This document shows, in pieces, positions 26,829 through 41,059 of a stretch of DNA of 64,000 bases; the stretch's first letter is position 1; each line of letters starts with the position of its first letter. A model generated the notes under the pieces. It saw only the letters and a program-made list of their open reading frames with translations. It was not told where the DNA came from and made no database searches. A program made the position numbers and the translations under genes. Source of the stretch: Pecten maximus (taxonomy: Eukaryota). The stretch spans positions 43,648,001 through 43,712,000 of the forward strand of contig NC_047023.1 of assembly GCF_902652985.1 (NCBI RefSeq), given 5' to 3'.

Positions 26829-28630
26829 TTAATAGGAACCTAAAATGTAGACGGAGGAAAGTTTTATTAACATTGAAGACTTGGCCAGAAGGGTGAATCT
26901 TAAAATTGTCGTTCATTTTAAATTGTTGTCGACGTTAAGATTTAAAAAAAAATCATAGATGTTGTCGTAGATATGTCAGATATTCTTTATCTTAAAGAAA
27001 TTGAACAAAATATCAATTATAGAATTATCATGGCTATATAACGATTAGATTAAATTAAACAATATCATTAAAAAGAGTGTTCCATTACCTTTCTTTTTTC
27101 CACTGATGCTGATGGCGGGTCCAGCTGAGCCCATGCCTCCCATGGAACCCATGCCGCCCATGGAACCCATACCTCCCATACCACCCATACCTCCCATACC
27201 ACCCATACCTCCCATACCGCCCATACCTCCCATACCGCCCATACCACCCATGGAGGAACTGCCTCCCATTGATCCCATACCTCCCATTGATCCCATTGAT
27301 CCCATACCTCCCATTGATCCCATACCTCCCATAGAACTCATACCTCCCATAGAACTCATCCCTCCCATAGAACTCATTCCTCCGCTCATACCTCCCATGG
27401 CACTGCTGCCCATTGATCCCATGCCTCCCATACCTCCCATACCTCCCATTCCGCCCATTCCGCCCATTCCTCCCATACCGCCCATTCCTCCGGTAGCACC
27501 CATGGAGCCCATACCTCCCATGGAACCCATACCTCCCATGGAACCCATACCTCCCATAGAACTCATACCTCCCATAGAACTCATACCTCCCATAGAGGTC
27601 ATACCGCCAGTAGATCCCATACCTCCCATAGAGCTCATACCGCCCATTCCTCCCATACCTCCCATAGAGCTCATACCGCCCATACCACCCATACCTCCCA
27701 TAGAACTCATACCTCCCATAGAGCTCATACCGCCTGTAGATCCCATACCTCCCATAGAACTCATACCTCCCATTGAGCCCATGCCTCCCATACCGCTCAT
27801 ACCTCCCATAGAGCTCATACCACCACCAAAGGGATATGACGAGTAGACTGTAGAGTATATGGGAGTTCCTATGGACATTGAGTGGCGTTTGTAATAAATT
27901 GATCCACTGCTTGATGGCATTTGCCAGGGTGACATGCTAGAGCTTCGTCTGTTGTACCAGTTATACCATGGTGACGTCATTGCTGACATTCCACTTCCGC
28001 TCCCTGACCAACCGGATCCTGAGCCTGTATAAGATAAAGTAGTCTTAACACATAGTCTCTACATCTGATCCTGGCAATAAGGTATTATATCTATAACAGA
28101 CAAATATGTAAGTAGAGGAGGAAATCTACAAGTATCCTTATCAAATATCCGAAAGTTATACTACCTCACAAATTAAAAGATATATACTTTGCTAATAGTT
28201 TAGCCTTGTTTTATCAAATTTAGAATTTCGGTAACATGTCTGTATCCTCCACCTATGTGTATGTATGTTTGGTTATGGCTCTTGAGATACTTAACCTATG
28301 TTGCTACCCTAGAAATACGCCAAGCTTATACTTCTACTTGAGCCAAGTATCATTGCCATTATGGCTATCCCTACATACGCCTTCGCATGAGTTTTGAGAT
28401 AGTCCACATGTATCTATATAATGTCAATAACACATCTTCTATAATCAGTCTTCTATAACTGTTTATAATAAACATAGAATGTTATAATAATGTATACAAT
28501 ATATTATGATATTTTAAGAGTTTTAAGTGGAAAAGGGGGTATGTCTGTCCAAACAGTTCTCACCCCAGAACGTGCCCATTCCTGGCTGGGCGACATAGCA
28601 GGCAAGTATCGCGGCGATCAACAGCATCAT
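26829..28630 (-). CDS. Gene B: secreted Gly/Met/Ser-rich repetitive structural protein (paralogue of gene A), 337 aa; coding exons 28630-28564, 28024-27089, 26839-26829
   Basis: Signal-peptide exon MMLLIAAILACYVAQPGMGTFWG (cag|AAAATG; donor G|gtgaga); phase-1 acceptor acag|GC at 28024; GGM, MGGMSS and MGGMGS repeats; donor AAAG|gtaatg at 27089 joins the terminal exon GSY* (tttag|GT TCC TAT TAA). Total 1014 nt, in frame. Confidence 0.9.
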
Positions 28631-30247
28631 TTTCTGGAAAAAAAATACGAAATAATTTGTACGTGAAGCTGATATACCGATGATTTTTTTTTAAACAATC
28701 ACGAGTAAATGTCAATCCGTTTGTACCTCTTCAATGGTCTCCGTATAAATCTATACTTTTTGTTCGTTTTTGCTCTCATCTGATCAATTGTGAGTTACAA
28801 TTACAGATTCATTTTAATATAGGTCTGATGTTTCCGTAAAAGACCAACGATTTATTTGGAAAATTAATTTACATGTATTTTGGGGGAAGTTTGATGCCTT
28901 GAATTTTTATTTAAACGTTTACATCATATTGCACTGTCTTGAGCATTGAATGTCAGGAAATACAGCAAAGTTAAATGATAGTGAAACAAGCCTGACAGTT
29001 GACGGCAACACATAAATGTCAACTGAGTAATGATCTAAAAGTCAGTTTTTAGACTACGATAAATATTACAGCTCGCCGTTAGCTGATGAAGTATTTGTAA
29101 CTGATTATTTCTACACAACAGAAGCTTTCTGACAATAGAAAATAAATCGTAACTACAGATTGTATCTACTCGATGGTATTTGTTTTTGGGAATCTGCGTT
29201 TACTAGAATATTTACTGATTAACGCATATTTATTTTTGTTTTGACATCAAAATGTATTACTTGATAAAGATAAAATATGTTTTTCCAAAGAACAGGCTTA
29301 ATAAGAATTTTACTTATGACGAAGCCAGTTAATATACCCTAATTTGTCTCGACGTTGTGTCTTAATATACCTTAACCAGTTAAATCAGATTGTATGTTAT
29401 GAATAACAAATATGTATACATATATACTCCTTCTGGGAATAATGAAGATGGCTTGATCAGTTTCTAATTGGAAATCATTTCCTCGTGTTCAGTTTTTACC
29501 TACAGAGAATTATAATTTCTTGAAGACAGGTAAATATTAGAATACACCACGGTCCTACACGAACTGAATCCTGATTAAGTTTTACCATTATGGTTTTGTT
29601 TTACTTTGATATGAACTGGTTTTCCCGATGTTGAACACTATAGTGATAAACCTTACAAATTCTGGTTTTAATTCATAATAAAAACCAATATGTAACATCC
29701 TCTATTCTGACATTGATTAATATGTCTAGATGTACAGTTCATTTCACGTGAGTAACATTAAGTGTTTTATGTCCAAAACGTTTACGAATACCAATACTAA
29801 GAGATAAAGTGGGTTCATACCTCAAATACAAAGTATACGTGTTTAGTTTGATCATGCTAATCATTTATACAAAATGAGTGGTTTAGTAATAATTAAATAA
29901 ATGATACAATCTTGTTCTGAAGTCAGCTGTCAAGTATCATTTACGAACGGAAAGTAAATATGGCGAAAATATTGTCATATCATTTTTAATGACACATAGC
30001 TTCACTTCAAGATTTGGTATTAATCTTGTTATCTCAATCCCAGGTGAAATATATGTATCACTTATTGTTCTAAGATATAACAATAATCATATATGTTTCA
30101 CCTGATAGCGAAAGTATTTACATACCATATAGGTATTACTTAAAAACTAAATATATTAATTTACAATGTTAATTATACGTAGATTATTTATATACCTAAT
30201 TACCTAAGAACTATATACTAATGATTTAGTATAACAGTTTGTCTTAC

Positions 30248-30313
30248 CTTTGTCTTGAGGGATTCGGACTTGCTGGAACTGTGAAGTCAACCTCAGAGAG
30301 GGGTCCCTTTATA
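30248..30313 (-). promoter_or_regulatory. Gene B TATA box (TATAAAG, 30313-30307) and short non-coding exon 1 (about 30282-30248)
   Basis: Donor AAG|gtaaga at 30248, 65 nt downstream of the TATA start; Inr-like CACAGTT about 30 nt after the TATA. Confidence 0.72.
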
Positions 30314-31184
30314 GGCCCTGACACGGAAGAACCTTTACAGTCATGCTAATTACCGGCTGTGAGTTATCTGTCAGTAAACTTGTAAAGCAGTTGCATCGAT
30401 GTAGCTTTTTGACCTCTGAGGTATGTCGAACATGGTCATCTGACAACGTAACAGCTTAGTTTCATTGTTGATTCATAGGTTAAATGTCAGGTAGATAATA
30501 TGTATACAAAGATGACGTTAATATGCAAACTTTAAAAACTGGTCATGTTTTTAGGTTCGCATTGATTGTTGCATTAAACGATTAACATGCATGATTTATT
30601 AAGAAAGAAAATGTCTTCATTGTTTGTTTTTGCTCTAAGAGTTCAGGAGGTTGCTTCAAAGGTAGTCTGATCAAATTTTAAATGAATGATGATTCATTTA
30701 ACAGGACCCATTCTGATGTGAGTGACGTCACTTGTTCACTTTTATCTCGTGTAGAATTCTGTAAAACTGCATTCTATTAGATCGAGCTGAGATATCACCA
30801 CACATGAAGTGGACCTAAAGTAATTCGTTCCAGAACATTCCACGGCGGATTTATCTTGAATCAACGACTCTTACATCATATCAAAGAATGCATAACTATT
30901 TATCTGAGTTAAAAAGCTACTTTATTGATACAATAATAGGATAATTATATTTTGGAATCGCTGTTCTATTTTTAATGAATCAATAGCACCTGTATCTGTG
31001 TTTGTTGTCTCTTCTGGAGTTTCACACTTTTGGTGCCTAGTTCAAATGTATCATTGACAAGTCCTAGAATAGGAGCTGTAAATCACATTTGACCAATATT
31101 TATACTAGCGAGTGTCAATGCACATAAATTTATATTTTGTTCATAGGTTGTCCTCGTTTTACCGAATTTTACTTATGACTGATA

Positions 31185-31540
31185 TTTCTACAATTACAGG
31201 TTTCTATAACTACTAGTTGCTATATTTACGAGTGTCTATAATTACGGGTTTTATTATTTACATTTTTTCATAACTATGTTTTTACGGATTATGAATTTGT
31301 ATAATTTCGATTCTCTATAATTACGGGTTTATATGATTACGTAATGATATAATTACGTGTTAATATAATTACGTGTTAATATAATTACGTGTTAATATAA
31401 TTACGTGTTTATATAATTACGTAATGATATAATTACGTGTTTATATAATTACGTGTTAATATAATTGCGTGTTTATTTAATCACGTGTTTATTTAATTAC
31501 GGGTTTATATAATTACGAGTTTCTATGATTATGGGTTGAT
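31185..31540. repeat. Degenerate 16-bp minisatellite (TAATATAATTACGTGT)
   Basis: Period 16 in the core 31345-31500. Confidence 0.8.
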
Positions 31541-33626
31541 ATGATTGATGGTTTCGTTTTAATGTCATTGTTCTCTTGTGTGTATTACTAAATTCATGTT
31601 TAAATGAAGGGTTCCCTTTTTACATTCCTTCATAGGTAATTATATCAAAAACATTTATCTTGTTATCAATATAACGTCAGAGAACACACAAATACCGTAC
31701 ATAACTTTTCATACATACCCAATATCATTCTTTCTCAAAGCAAATAGCACGCACATAGGATTTAACCCCAGAGTGATTATTAAAACATTGGTGAGTCTAT
31801 TTTGAATCCCCTGTTTATGATGTAACGATGAAAAATGGCTTTGATATGACTGTTTTTGAAAACATCCGCATATATGTGGGTTCATATAAAATTGATGAAG
31901 ATGGCACCAAAGAGAAGAGGTGTTTTATTATTTTAAGTGTGTATGTAAGGTTCAATATAAGAATAAAAATGATAAATTGACTTTGTATGACTATAGTGAA
32001 AGAATGTTTAACATTTCACCGGTAAACATGGAATATTAGCCGTATCTATATTTATTTTATAAGTCTCCATACAATGATCGGTTAACAGATGAGACAGGAT
32101 CTTTATTTTTCTACTCCAACGTTATGATCCTATGATTACATAGTAAGCTACGTTGCCATGGTTTTCTACACGAAAACGTCCCATCAACGCCCCATCACTA
32201 TCATGACAGCTGCCTTTTGTCCTACGAGTTACATGTTTAAAGTATATTGTGGCTTATATTATTAAGGTTCCTGGAAGCCACCTGTTGGACACAGTGAGTA
32301 ATCACCACTGCGCAGTCCTCTTCCCAAGTTAGGGGTTAATTCGTTCGGTGAAGGACTCGGCTGACAGATCGGCTACAAACTAACAACAAAATGTGTACTG
32401 TGTAAGTTTAAGTGAGATCTTACAACCTATTTCCAAGATTGTCCCATTGACAAAATGCTACGAGGCAGTTGCCACCATAAGTATATAACAGCCAGTGCCT
32501 CAGGCTATAACACCCAGTGGGTATGTGACATTAAAAAAGGCAGATTTTTTTTGTTGGTTCAGTTTTTTTCAAAGCTGACGAAAATGGTAAGACGATGTTA
32601 ATATCAGTATTGAACAGTAATTTTAATATTGTTATCGTCGATATTACAGCAAGATGTATCTGGGCAAATGCCACAGGAACCCTTTACATCTTGCTGTCAT
32701 ATCGACATAACAACATTAAAACCACTGTTTATTGCTTAAATATTATACTCAATAGTATATATTTAAGGCCAAAACTTTAGAATGATAAGGTTTCTTGCAG
32801 TGAAACTTCTATATAAGCGATACTGATTTAAATGTATAGTGACTGATAAAATAAACCTCTGCTAACATTTTTTTTATAATAAAGAATCAAAATTCAAATG
32901 TACTATCCGTCGTGAAGTTGACGTCATTTTCGGTTGAGATTAATAATTGTATGCTAGTAAAAGATGTAATGATGACATGTCAGTGATGTTGGCTGAGGTG
33001 ACACCGCAATAGTGTGACCGGAAGTGATTCACAAAGGTGTGGACTACCAACAGAAGAAAGAAACAATATTGTTAAGGTTTAGGTTGTTAGTTGCTATTGT
33101 CTCGAGTTTTCTATTCTGTTGTCTCCAAGAGTGCAATAGAAATTGCGAAAAACCTAGATATAAAACAAAAAATAAATCCCGAATATAGTTTCAACTGAAA
33201 TAGATTTATTTTACTTTCTTTGAAACCGAGAAAAACAGTATCTATTCCAGAAAATCTTTATACATACCATTGATAGAAAATACCCCATAGATGTTTATTT
33301 CATTGTTTTTCGATTCACCATTTCCGTTTTTGTTTAAAAGGGATTGCTTTAGAGAGTTTTAAGTTTCAGAAACGAACCTGTTATTGTTAATTGATGTTAA
33401 ATTAATTCGCTCTCAATCACTCATTATTGATTTCAAGTGGTTAATAAACGGCGCTTTGATAAGACCAAAAAATGTTTTTAATGCTCAGATAAAGGCTCTT
33501 AGTGTTAAATACTGTTACTTTACCTCATTTACACATTTACAGAACAAGATGCCTCAAACACTACTAGTGCTCATTTTAGCATCAAATATCAGTACATACA
33601 TACGTATACAATTCTAGAATAATCTG

Positions 33627-33653
33627 CACATACACACACACACACACACACAC

Positions 33654-33684
<31 letters not shown>
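33627..33684. repeat. (CA)n microsatellite
   Basis: Directly visible. Confidence 0.95.
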
Positions 33685-33688
<4 letters not shown>

Positions 33689-33779
33689 GTATGGACATAT
33701 TCTCATACTAAAGGCAGCAGGCGTAGATATCTATGTGTGAGTACGTACATATATATGTACATGAAAGGAAAAGAAAGCG

Positions 33780-34860
33780 TACATCTTCACTCTTAAATGA
33801 ATATATACCCACTACTACCACACATGCCATGCAGCTTTTATAGGATCTACATATCCTTTTTAATTTACACATCTTTACACATAAAATACTTTTGTACATT
33901 TTTTAACCAGGCCCATTGTACATTTTCTATTAATTCTTTAAATCATTTTTATTCGTTTTATACATTATCATTTATGTAACAATTTTTTTTAACAATATCA
34001 TTTTCATTCATTCATTCGATTTATTCATTCGTTCTTTTAATTGTAATCTATCAAACCGTATCTAAGATATCCTAAACATAATATGTTGATACTATTTCCC
34101 TTTTCTTTGAGTTTACGTTCATTGCATAATCATTTACTAATAATGTTTTAACCTTTTCCCAAATACTATTGGATTCGCTTCTTCTCCTCTTATATTAAGA
34201 TTTGCATATATTATAGGATACACAAATTCACTTACACTTTCAGAATATTCAACCATTTTACCGGGAACGCAAATTTAAATCTTGACAGTTGAGCGATACA
34301 GTTTCTTTTACCTTTTAACATGTTATATATTTCACGACCTTCTTTAAAATCATTTCTGTGTTCATCCCATAATCTTTAATTGCAAAAAAGTTACTTTTCA
34401 GAAAGGAAGTAAAAAATAAAGCCAATCTGTTGTACTTGATAAATTGATTTCTTAAAAATGGATTCTTCTTGTATTTTATTACTGCTTATATTGCTGTGGC
34501 TAGATTGTTGTAAATGTGTCCATGCTTCAAAATAATGTTTCTATAGAAAGAGGGAATTTGGGAGAAGTCTAGAGTTTGTATGTCTGATAGCTTGCATAAA
34601 ATAATTTGTTCTGTATTTTTCATTCATTCTTATCCAGTGTTTGCTAATAACATTCCAGTTGTTTTCAATTAGTTTTTTTTTACTCTGCGTTGACTAAATC
34701 TCTCTTTTCATTCCACACAAAATCCATATTAATGAGTCAGTTTCTTTGATACCATGAGTTTCTACCTTAAATCCTATCAGAGATATCATCAAAGATTTAA
34801 TCACTAAGCTCTTACCGTATAATGTCAAGTTTCTACTTTTCCATACCTGCGCAAATGCCT
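33780..34860 (-). mobile_element. Decayed L1/Tx1-clade LINE ORF2 3' fragment
   Basis: Minus-strand translation gives AQVWKSRNLTLYGKSLVIKSLMIS (34856-34785) and DFVWNEK, typical of the post-RT region of Tx1-like ORF2; interrupted by stops and frameshifts. Confidence 0.62.
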
Positions 34861-35499
34861 TAGTTTTTTTTCTTTTTTTTTTTATTAATTCATTTATTTC
34901 ATTTATTCTTATATTTTATTTTCATATTTTTCCAATATTCTGTTATCATCGATTATTTACCATGATACACCCCGAGACAACGAAAATTGATACTAAAACA
35001 GAAGTAAATATCTAGATTGAATAGCGGGTAACTTTATTGTTTTGTATTTAATTACGACAGAACGTTTTACACTTCCGGTACCCATTGGCCATGATAGTAA
35101 TGACTACTCTTCATTAATCCGGACGGTTTACACTCGGATAGCGATATAATGTCTATATAATGATATTCCCTTTTGTAAATACGTGTGCCCACCATTCAGT
35201 CAAAACATTATGTTGATTACGTTAATTTTAACATGACAAACCAGAAATTTGCTATTTTGAAGGGATTAAATCTTTCGCAACTCCCAAGGAAAAATTATAT
35301 TTTCGAAAAATATTTACTTCGAGAGTAATACTATTGGAACGTTTTGGTCTGATTTATCAAACCAGTTGAAATGCTTATTTTTTGTTCAAACCATTTCATA
35401 AAATCTAACATGTAATTTGACATTAACAACATTTCTTCCATTAATTACGCTGTTTGGTGATATCTTTGTTTATGTTTTAGGAAGCAAAGAGGACTATAC

Positions 35500-37119
35500 A
35501 TACTACATAACTTAACAGGCTGTAGGAGACAATAGATAGTTCTGGTGTCGTGTCTACATAACTTAACAGGCTGTAGGAGACAATAGATAGTTCTGGTGTC
35601 GTGTCTACATAACTTAACAGGTTGTAGGTGACAATAGATAGTTCTGGTGTTGTGTCTACATAGACTACAGGGAGACAATAGATAGTTCTGATGTTGTGTC
35701 TACATAGACTACAGGGAGACAATAGATAGATCTGGTGCCGTGTCTACATAGACTACAGGGAGACAATAGATAGTTATGGTGTCGTGTCTACATAGACTAC
35801 AGGGAGACAATATATAGTTCTGGTGTCGTGTCTACATAGACTACAGGGAGACAATAGGTAGTTCTGGTGTCGTGTCTACATAGACTACAGGGAGACAATA
35901 GATAGTTCTGGTGTCGTGTCTACATAGACTACAGGGAGACAATAGATAGTTCTGGTGTCGTGTCTACATAGACTACAGGGAGACAATAGATAGTTCTGGT
36001 GTCGTGTCTACATAGACTACAGGGAGACAATAGATAGTTCTGGTGTCGTGTCTACATAGACTACAGGGAGACAATAGATAGTTCTGGTGTCGTGTCTACA
36101 TAGACTACAGGGAGACAATAGATAGTTCTGGTGTCGTGTCTACATAGACTACAGGGAGACAATAGATAGTTCTGGTGTCGTGTCTACATAGACTACAGGG
36201 AAGACAATAGATAGTTCTGGTGTCGTGTCTACATAGACTACAGGGAGACAATAGATAGTTCTGGTGTCGTGTCTACATAGACTACAGGGAGACAATAGAT
36301 AGTTCTGGTGTCGTGTCTACATAGACTACAGGGAGACAATAGATAGTTCTGATGTCGTGTCTACATAGACTACAGGGAGACAATATATAATTCTGGTGTC
36401 GTGTCTACATAGACTACAGGGAGACAATAGATAGTTCTGATGTTGTGTCTACATAGACTACAGGGAGACAATATATAATTCTGGTGTCGTGTCTACATAG
36501 ACTACAGGGAGACAATAGATACAATGTAGTTCTGGTGGCGTGTCTACATAGACTACAGGGAGACAATAGATAGTTCTGGTGTCGTGTCTACATAGACTAC
36601 AGGGAGACAATAGATAGTTATGGTGTCGCGTCTACATAGACTACAGGGAGACAATAGATGGATCTGGTGTCGTGTCTACATAGACTACAGGGAGACAATA
36701 GATAGATCTGGTGTCGTGTCTACATAGACTTCAGGGAGACAATCGATAGTTCTGGTGTCGTGTCTACATAGACTACAGGGAGACAATAGATAGTTATGGT
36801 GTCGTGTCTACATAGACTACAGGGAGACAATAGATAGATCTGGTGTCGTGTCTACATAGACTACAGGGAGACAATAGATAGTTCTGGTGTCGTGTCTACA
36901 TAGACTACAGGGAGACAATAGATAGATCTGGTGTCGTGTCTACATAGACTACAGGGAGACAATAGATAGTTCTGGTGTCGTGTCTACATAGACTACAGGG
37001 AGACAATAGATAGTTCTGGTGTCGTGTCTACATAGACTACAGGGAGACAATATATAGTTCTGGTGTCGTGTCTACATAGACTACAGGGAGACAATAGATA
37101 GTTCTGGTGTCGTGTCTAC
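35500..37119. repeat. 44-bp minisatellite (GGAGACAATAGATAGTTCTGGTGTCGTGTCTACATAGACTACAG), ~36 copies
   Basis: Direct periodicity; the first three units are a longer variant. Confidence 0.96.
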
Positions 37120-38454
37120 TGACCACGCCCTGTTTACAAATACAAATCTAGGAAACCGTGCTGCAATAACTGTTCAGTATTCATCATAACGGGAGATTGG
37201 GAAAGTAATCCAAACATTGGACAGAACGTAAAGCATAAATTGGCGGGTGGGTAGAATCCGTTGGGCGATCGTAATTATCAACAATTAATGAGCGCGTTTG
37301 AATGTAACTTTTGGCTGTAATAAAGTGCGCACTATTTCAAACACACACCATCCAGCAGAGATTATTATCACACGTGTTACCAGAGAAACGTGATATAAAG
37401 TATTTCGTTACAATGCCGATTATATTACTGAGAACCTAATTACAATATACCGGGTATGATAAATATTTATGGTTGATATTCTCTGATATAGATAGAAGAT
37501 CAATACAGTATACAGCTTCAGGATGAAATAAAATGATACCATATTATTTTCTATTTTAACTGAAGTAATATATCCTACCATTTCACTTCAGTACATTAAT
37601 GTTTTCTACTCTCATTTATATATCTCTGGTCGAAAGAGACCGTCGTCTTGGAATTATCGACATCAGGTTCAACACAGGCTGTAACTTTACTTTAGTGTGG
37701 TGGGTAATATCTACATGTAATAAAAACAGCCTGGGTTCGAATGTCAGTAGACTTCCTCCATATTAGCCTCTTTGTTATGTAAAGTAGGGAAATATTTCAT
37801 ATTAGAAAAAAACCTAATATATAGGGTTATACAGCTGTGACAATGTATTAGCCTGTACCAAAATTATAGTGATAGAGTACCCTGACTGAAGTATTGACCA
37901 CTGGTCAGTCATTATTGGTGGTATCATAAGTCTGTCCATTCCGACGTTACCACATCGGCTCTCATTTTTAAAATATGGCGTTAACCTGGATTCGATGTCG
38001 ATGTACAAGGCTGGTGTCGTCGATGAAGGAGAAGATGACTGTCCTTTCATATTTCATCAATTCTAAGTTTACGATTTCATAATAGATCCATGTATTGTCC
38101 GTTTGATTTTGCATATGTGAAACTTATCTGATATATATTTCTATGGTTACAGCATACATTAGGCTATTTCAGGCAAACCAATGTAGATACTTGTTTCTCA
38201 AGTACAATGATAAATGAAAACAATGTGTGATTTAGGTTTGATTTATTATATATCGTGGGGGTATGATCTAAAACATACGATTTGCCAGTCAGGATATCCA
38301 ATGACGTTATATTAATAATCCACCGGTAATGAACATTTCTTCGTTGTTGTTGTTTGCTTTGAATTTTCGAAATGTAGAGAACGGTCTTAATATCACCCTT
38401 TTCAAATTTTCTGAATGACATACCTGGATTAAAAGAATTTGACAAAAGTTATGA

Positions 38455-39425
38455 GTGTTTTTCAGTTTTGAAACGTGGAACATAATTGCGTTCATTGATG
38501 TTCTCAGTTTTAAAGCGTGAAATATAAATATGTTCCTTGTAGTTCTCAGTTACAGAACGTGAAATATAAATATGTTCCTTGTAGTTCTCAGTTACAGAAC
38601 GTGAAATATAAATATGTTCCTTGTAGTTCTCAGTTATAGAACGTGAAATATAAATATGTTCCTTGTAGTTCTCAGTTACAGAACGTGAAATATAAATATG
38701 TTCCTTGTAGTTCTCAGTTACAGAACGTGAAATATAAATATGTTCCTTGTAGTTCTCAGTTACAGAACGTGAAATATAAATATGTTCCTTGTAGTTCTCA
38801 GTTACAGAACGTGAAATATAAATATGTTCCTTGTAGTTCTCAGTTACAGAACGTGAAATATAAATATGTTCCTTGTAGTTCTCAGTTACAGAACGTGGAA
38901 TATAAATATGTCCCTTGTAGTTCTCAGTTATAGAACGTGAAATATAAATATGTTCCTTGTAGTTCTCAGTTACAGAACGTGAAATATGGATATGTTCCTT
39001 GTAGTTACATGTATCAGTTACAGAACGTGAAATATAATGTTCCTTGTAGTTCTCAGTTACAGAACGTGAAATATAAATATGTTCCTTGTAGTTACATGTA
39101 TCAGTTACAGAACGTGAAATATAATGTTCCTTGTAGTTCTCAGTTACAGAACGTGAAATATAAATATGTTCCTTGTAGTTACATGTATCAGTTAAAGAAC
39201 GTGGAATATATATGTAAATATGTTTATTGCGGTTCTCTGTCATTAAAGTTTTCAGTTTTAGAACGTGGAATATAAAGGTGTTCATTGTAGTTTTCAGTTT
39301 TAGAACGTGGAATATAAAGGTGTTCATTGTAGTTTTCAGTTTTAGAACGTGGGATATAAAGGTGTTCATTGTAGTTTTCAGTTTTAGAACATGGAATATT
39401 AAGGTGTTCGTTGTGGATCTCAGTT
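38455..39425. repeat. 42-bp minisatellite (AGAACGTGAAATATAAATATGTTCCTTGTAGTTCTCAGTTAC), ~22 copies
   Basis: Direct periodicity. Confidence 0.94.
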
Positions 39426-39439
39426 TGAGGATTTGATAT

Positions 39440-40757
39440 AGATGTACATGAGACAAAGACAAGATGTACATGAGACAAAGACAAGATGTACATGACACAA
39501 AGACAAGATGTACATGAGGCAAAGACAAGATGTACATGACACAAAGACAAGATGTACATGACACAAAGACAAGATGTACATGAGACAAAGACAAGATGTA
39601 CATGAGACAAAGACAAGATGTACATGAGACAAAGACAAGATGTACATGAGACAAAGACAAGAATACATGAGGCAAAGACAAGATGTACATGAGACAAAGA
39701 CAAGATGTACATGAGACAAAGACAAGAATACATGAGGCAAAGACAAGATGTACATGAGACAAAGACAAGATGTACATGACACAAAGACAAGATGTACATG
39801 ACATAAAGACAAGATGTATATGAGACAAAGACAAGATGTACATGACACAAAGACAAGATGTACATGAGGCAAAGACAAGATGTACATGAGACAAAGACAA
39901 GATGTACATGACACAAAGACAAGATGTACATGAGACAAAGACAAGATGTACATGAGACAAAGACAAGATGTACATGACACAAAGACAAGATGTACATGAG
40001 ACAAAGACAAGATGTACATGAGACAAAGACAAGATGTACATGAGACAAAGACAAGATGTACATGAGACAAAGACAAGATGTACATGAGACAAAGACAAGA
40101 TGTACATGAGACAAAGACAAGATGTACATGAGACAAAGACAAGATGTACATGAGACAAAGACAAGATGTACATGACACAAAGACAAGATGTACATGACAC
40201 AAAGACAAGATGTACATGACACAAAGACAAGATGTACATGAGACAAAGACAAGATGTACATGAGACAAAGACAAGATGTACATGAGACAAAGACAAGATG
40301 TACATGAGACAAAGACAAGATGTACATGAGACAAAGACAAGATGTACATGACACAAAGACAAGATGTACATGAGACAAAGACAAGATGTACATGAGACAA
40401 TGACAAGATGTACATGACACAAAGACAAGATGTACATGAGACAAAGACAAGATGTACATGAGACAAAGACAAGATGTACGTGAGACAAAGACAAGATGTA
40501 CACGAGACAAAGACAAGATGTACATGAGACAAAGACAAGATGTACACGGGACAAAGACAAGATGTACATGAGACAAAGACAAGATGTACATGAGACAAAG
40601 ACAAGATGTACGTGAGACAAAGACAAGATGTACGTGAGACAAAGACAAGATGTACATGAGACAAAGACAAGATGTACATGAGACAAAGACAAGATGTACA
40701 TGAGACAAAGACAAGATGTACATGAGACAAAGACAAGATGTACATGAGACAAAGACA
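39440..40757. repeat. 22-bp minisatellite (AGATGTACATGAGACAAAGACA), ~60 copies
   Basis: Direct periodicity; all three minus-strand frames give the same peptide. Confidence 0.97.
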
Positions 40758-41059
40758 CTTACCTTCCTAGATGAACAGGTCCCGGTTATATCGACGTCTC
40801 TTTACATGAGAAAATCCTTAAATTCAAATATTTCAAAAGTATCATTTGATTGAATATAGGCTCAAGAATATAAGTGAGACTGTGGCCTGGTTTATTCCCG
40901 TCATGTTTTCGAAGGGTCGCCGCCGTGTAAATCAATATCATGTTCATATTATACTGGCGTTTTATCGGTTTAGATATAGAAATACGATTTCGTTCAATTA
41001 TCGATATTCTCTGCTAATAATGGAATTGTCATTGATTGACATGGTAGATATCATCAATA

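Noticed and set aside
38449-40758. Long Cys/His/Leu-rich ORFs
   Set aside because: Products of adjacent 22-bp and 42-bp arrays; the 22-bp array is open in all three minus frames.
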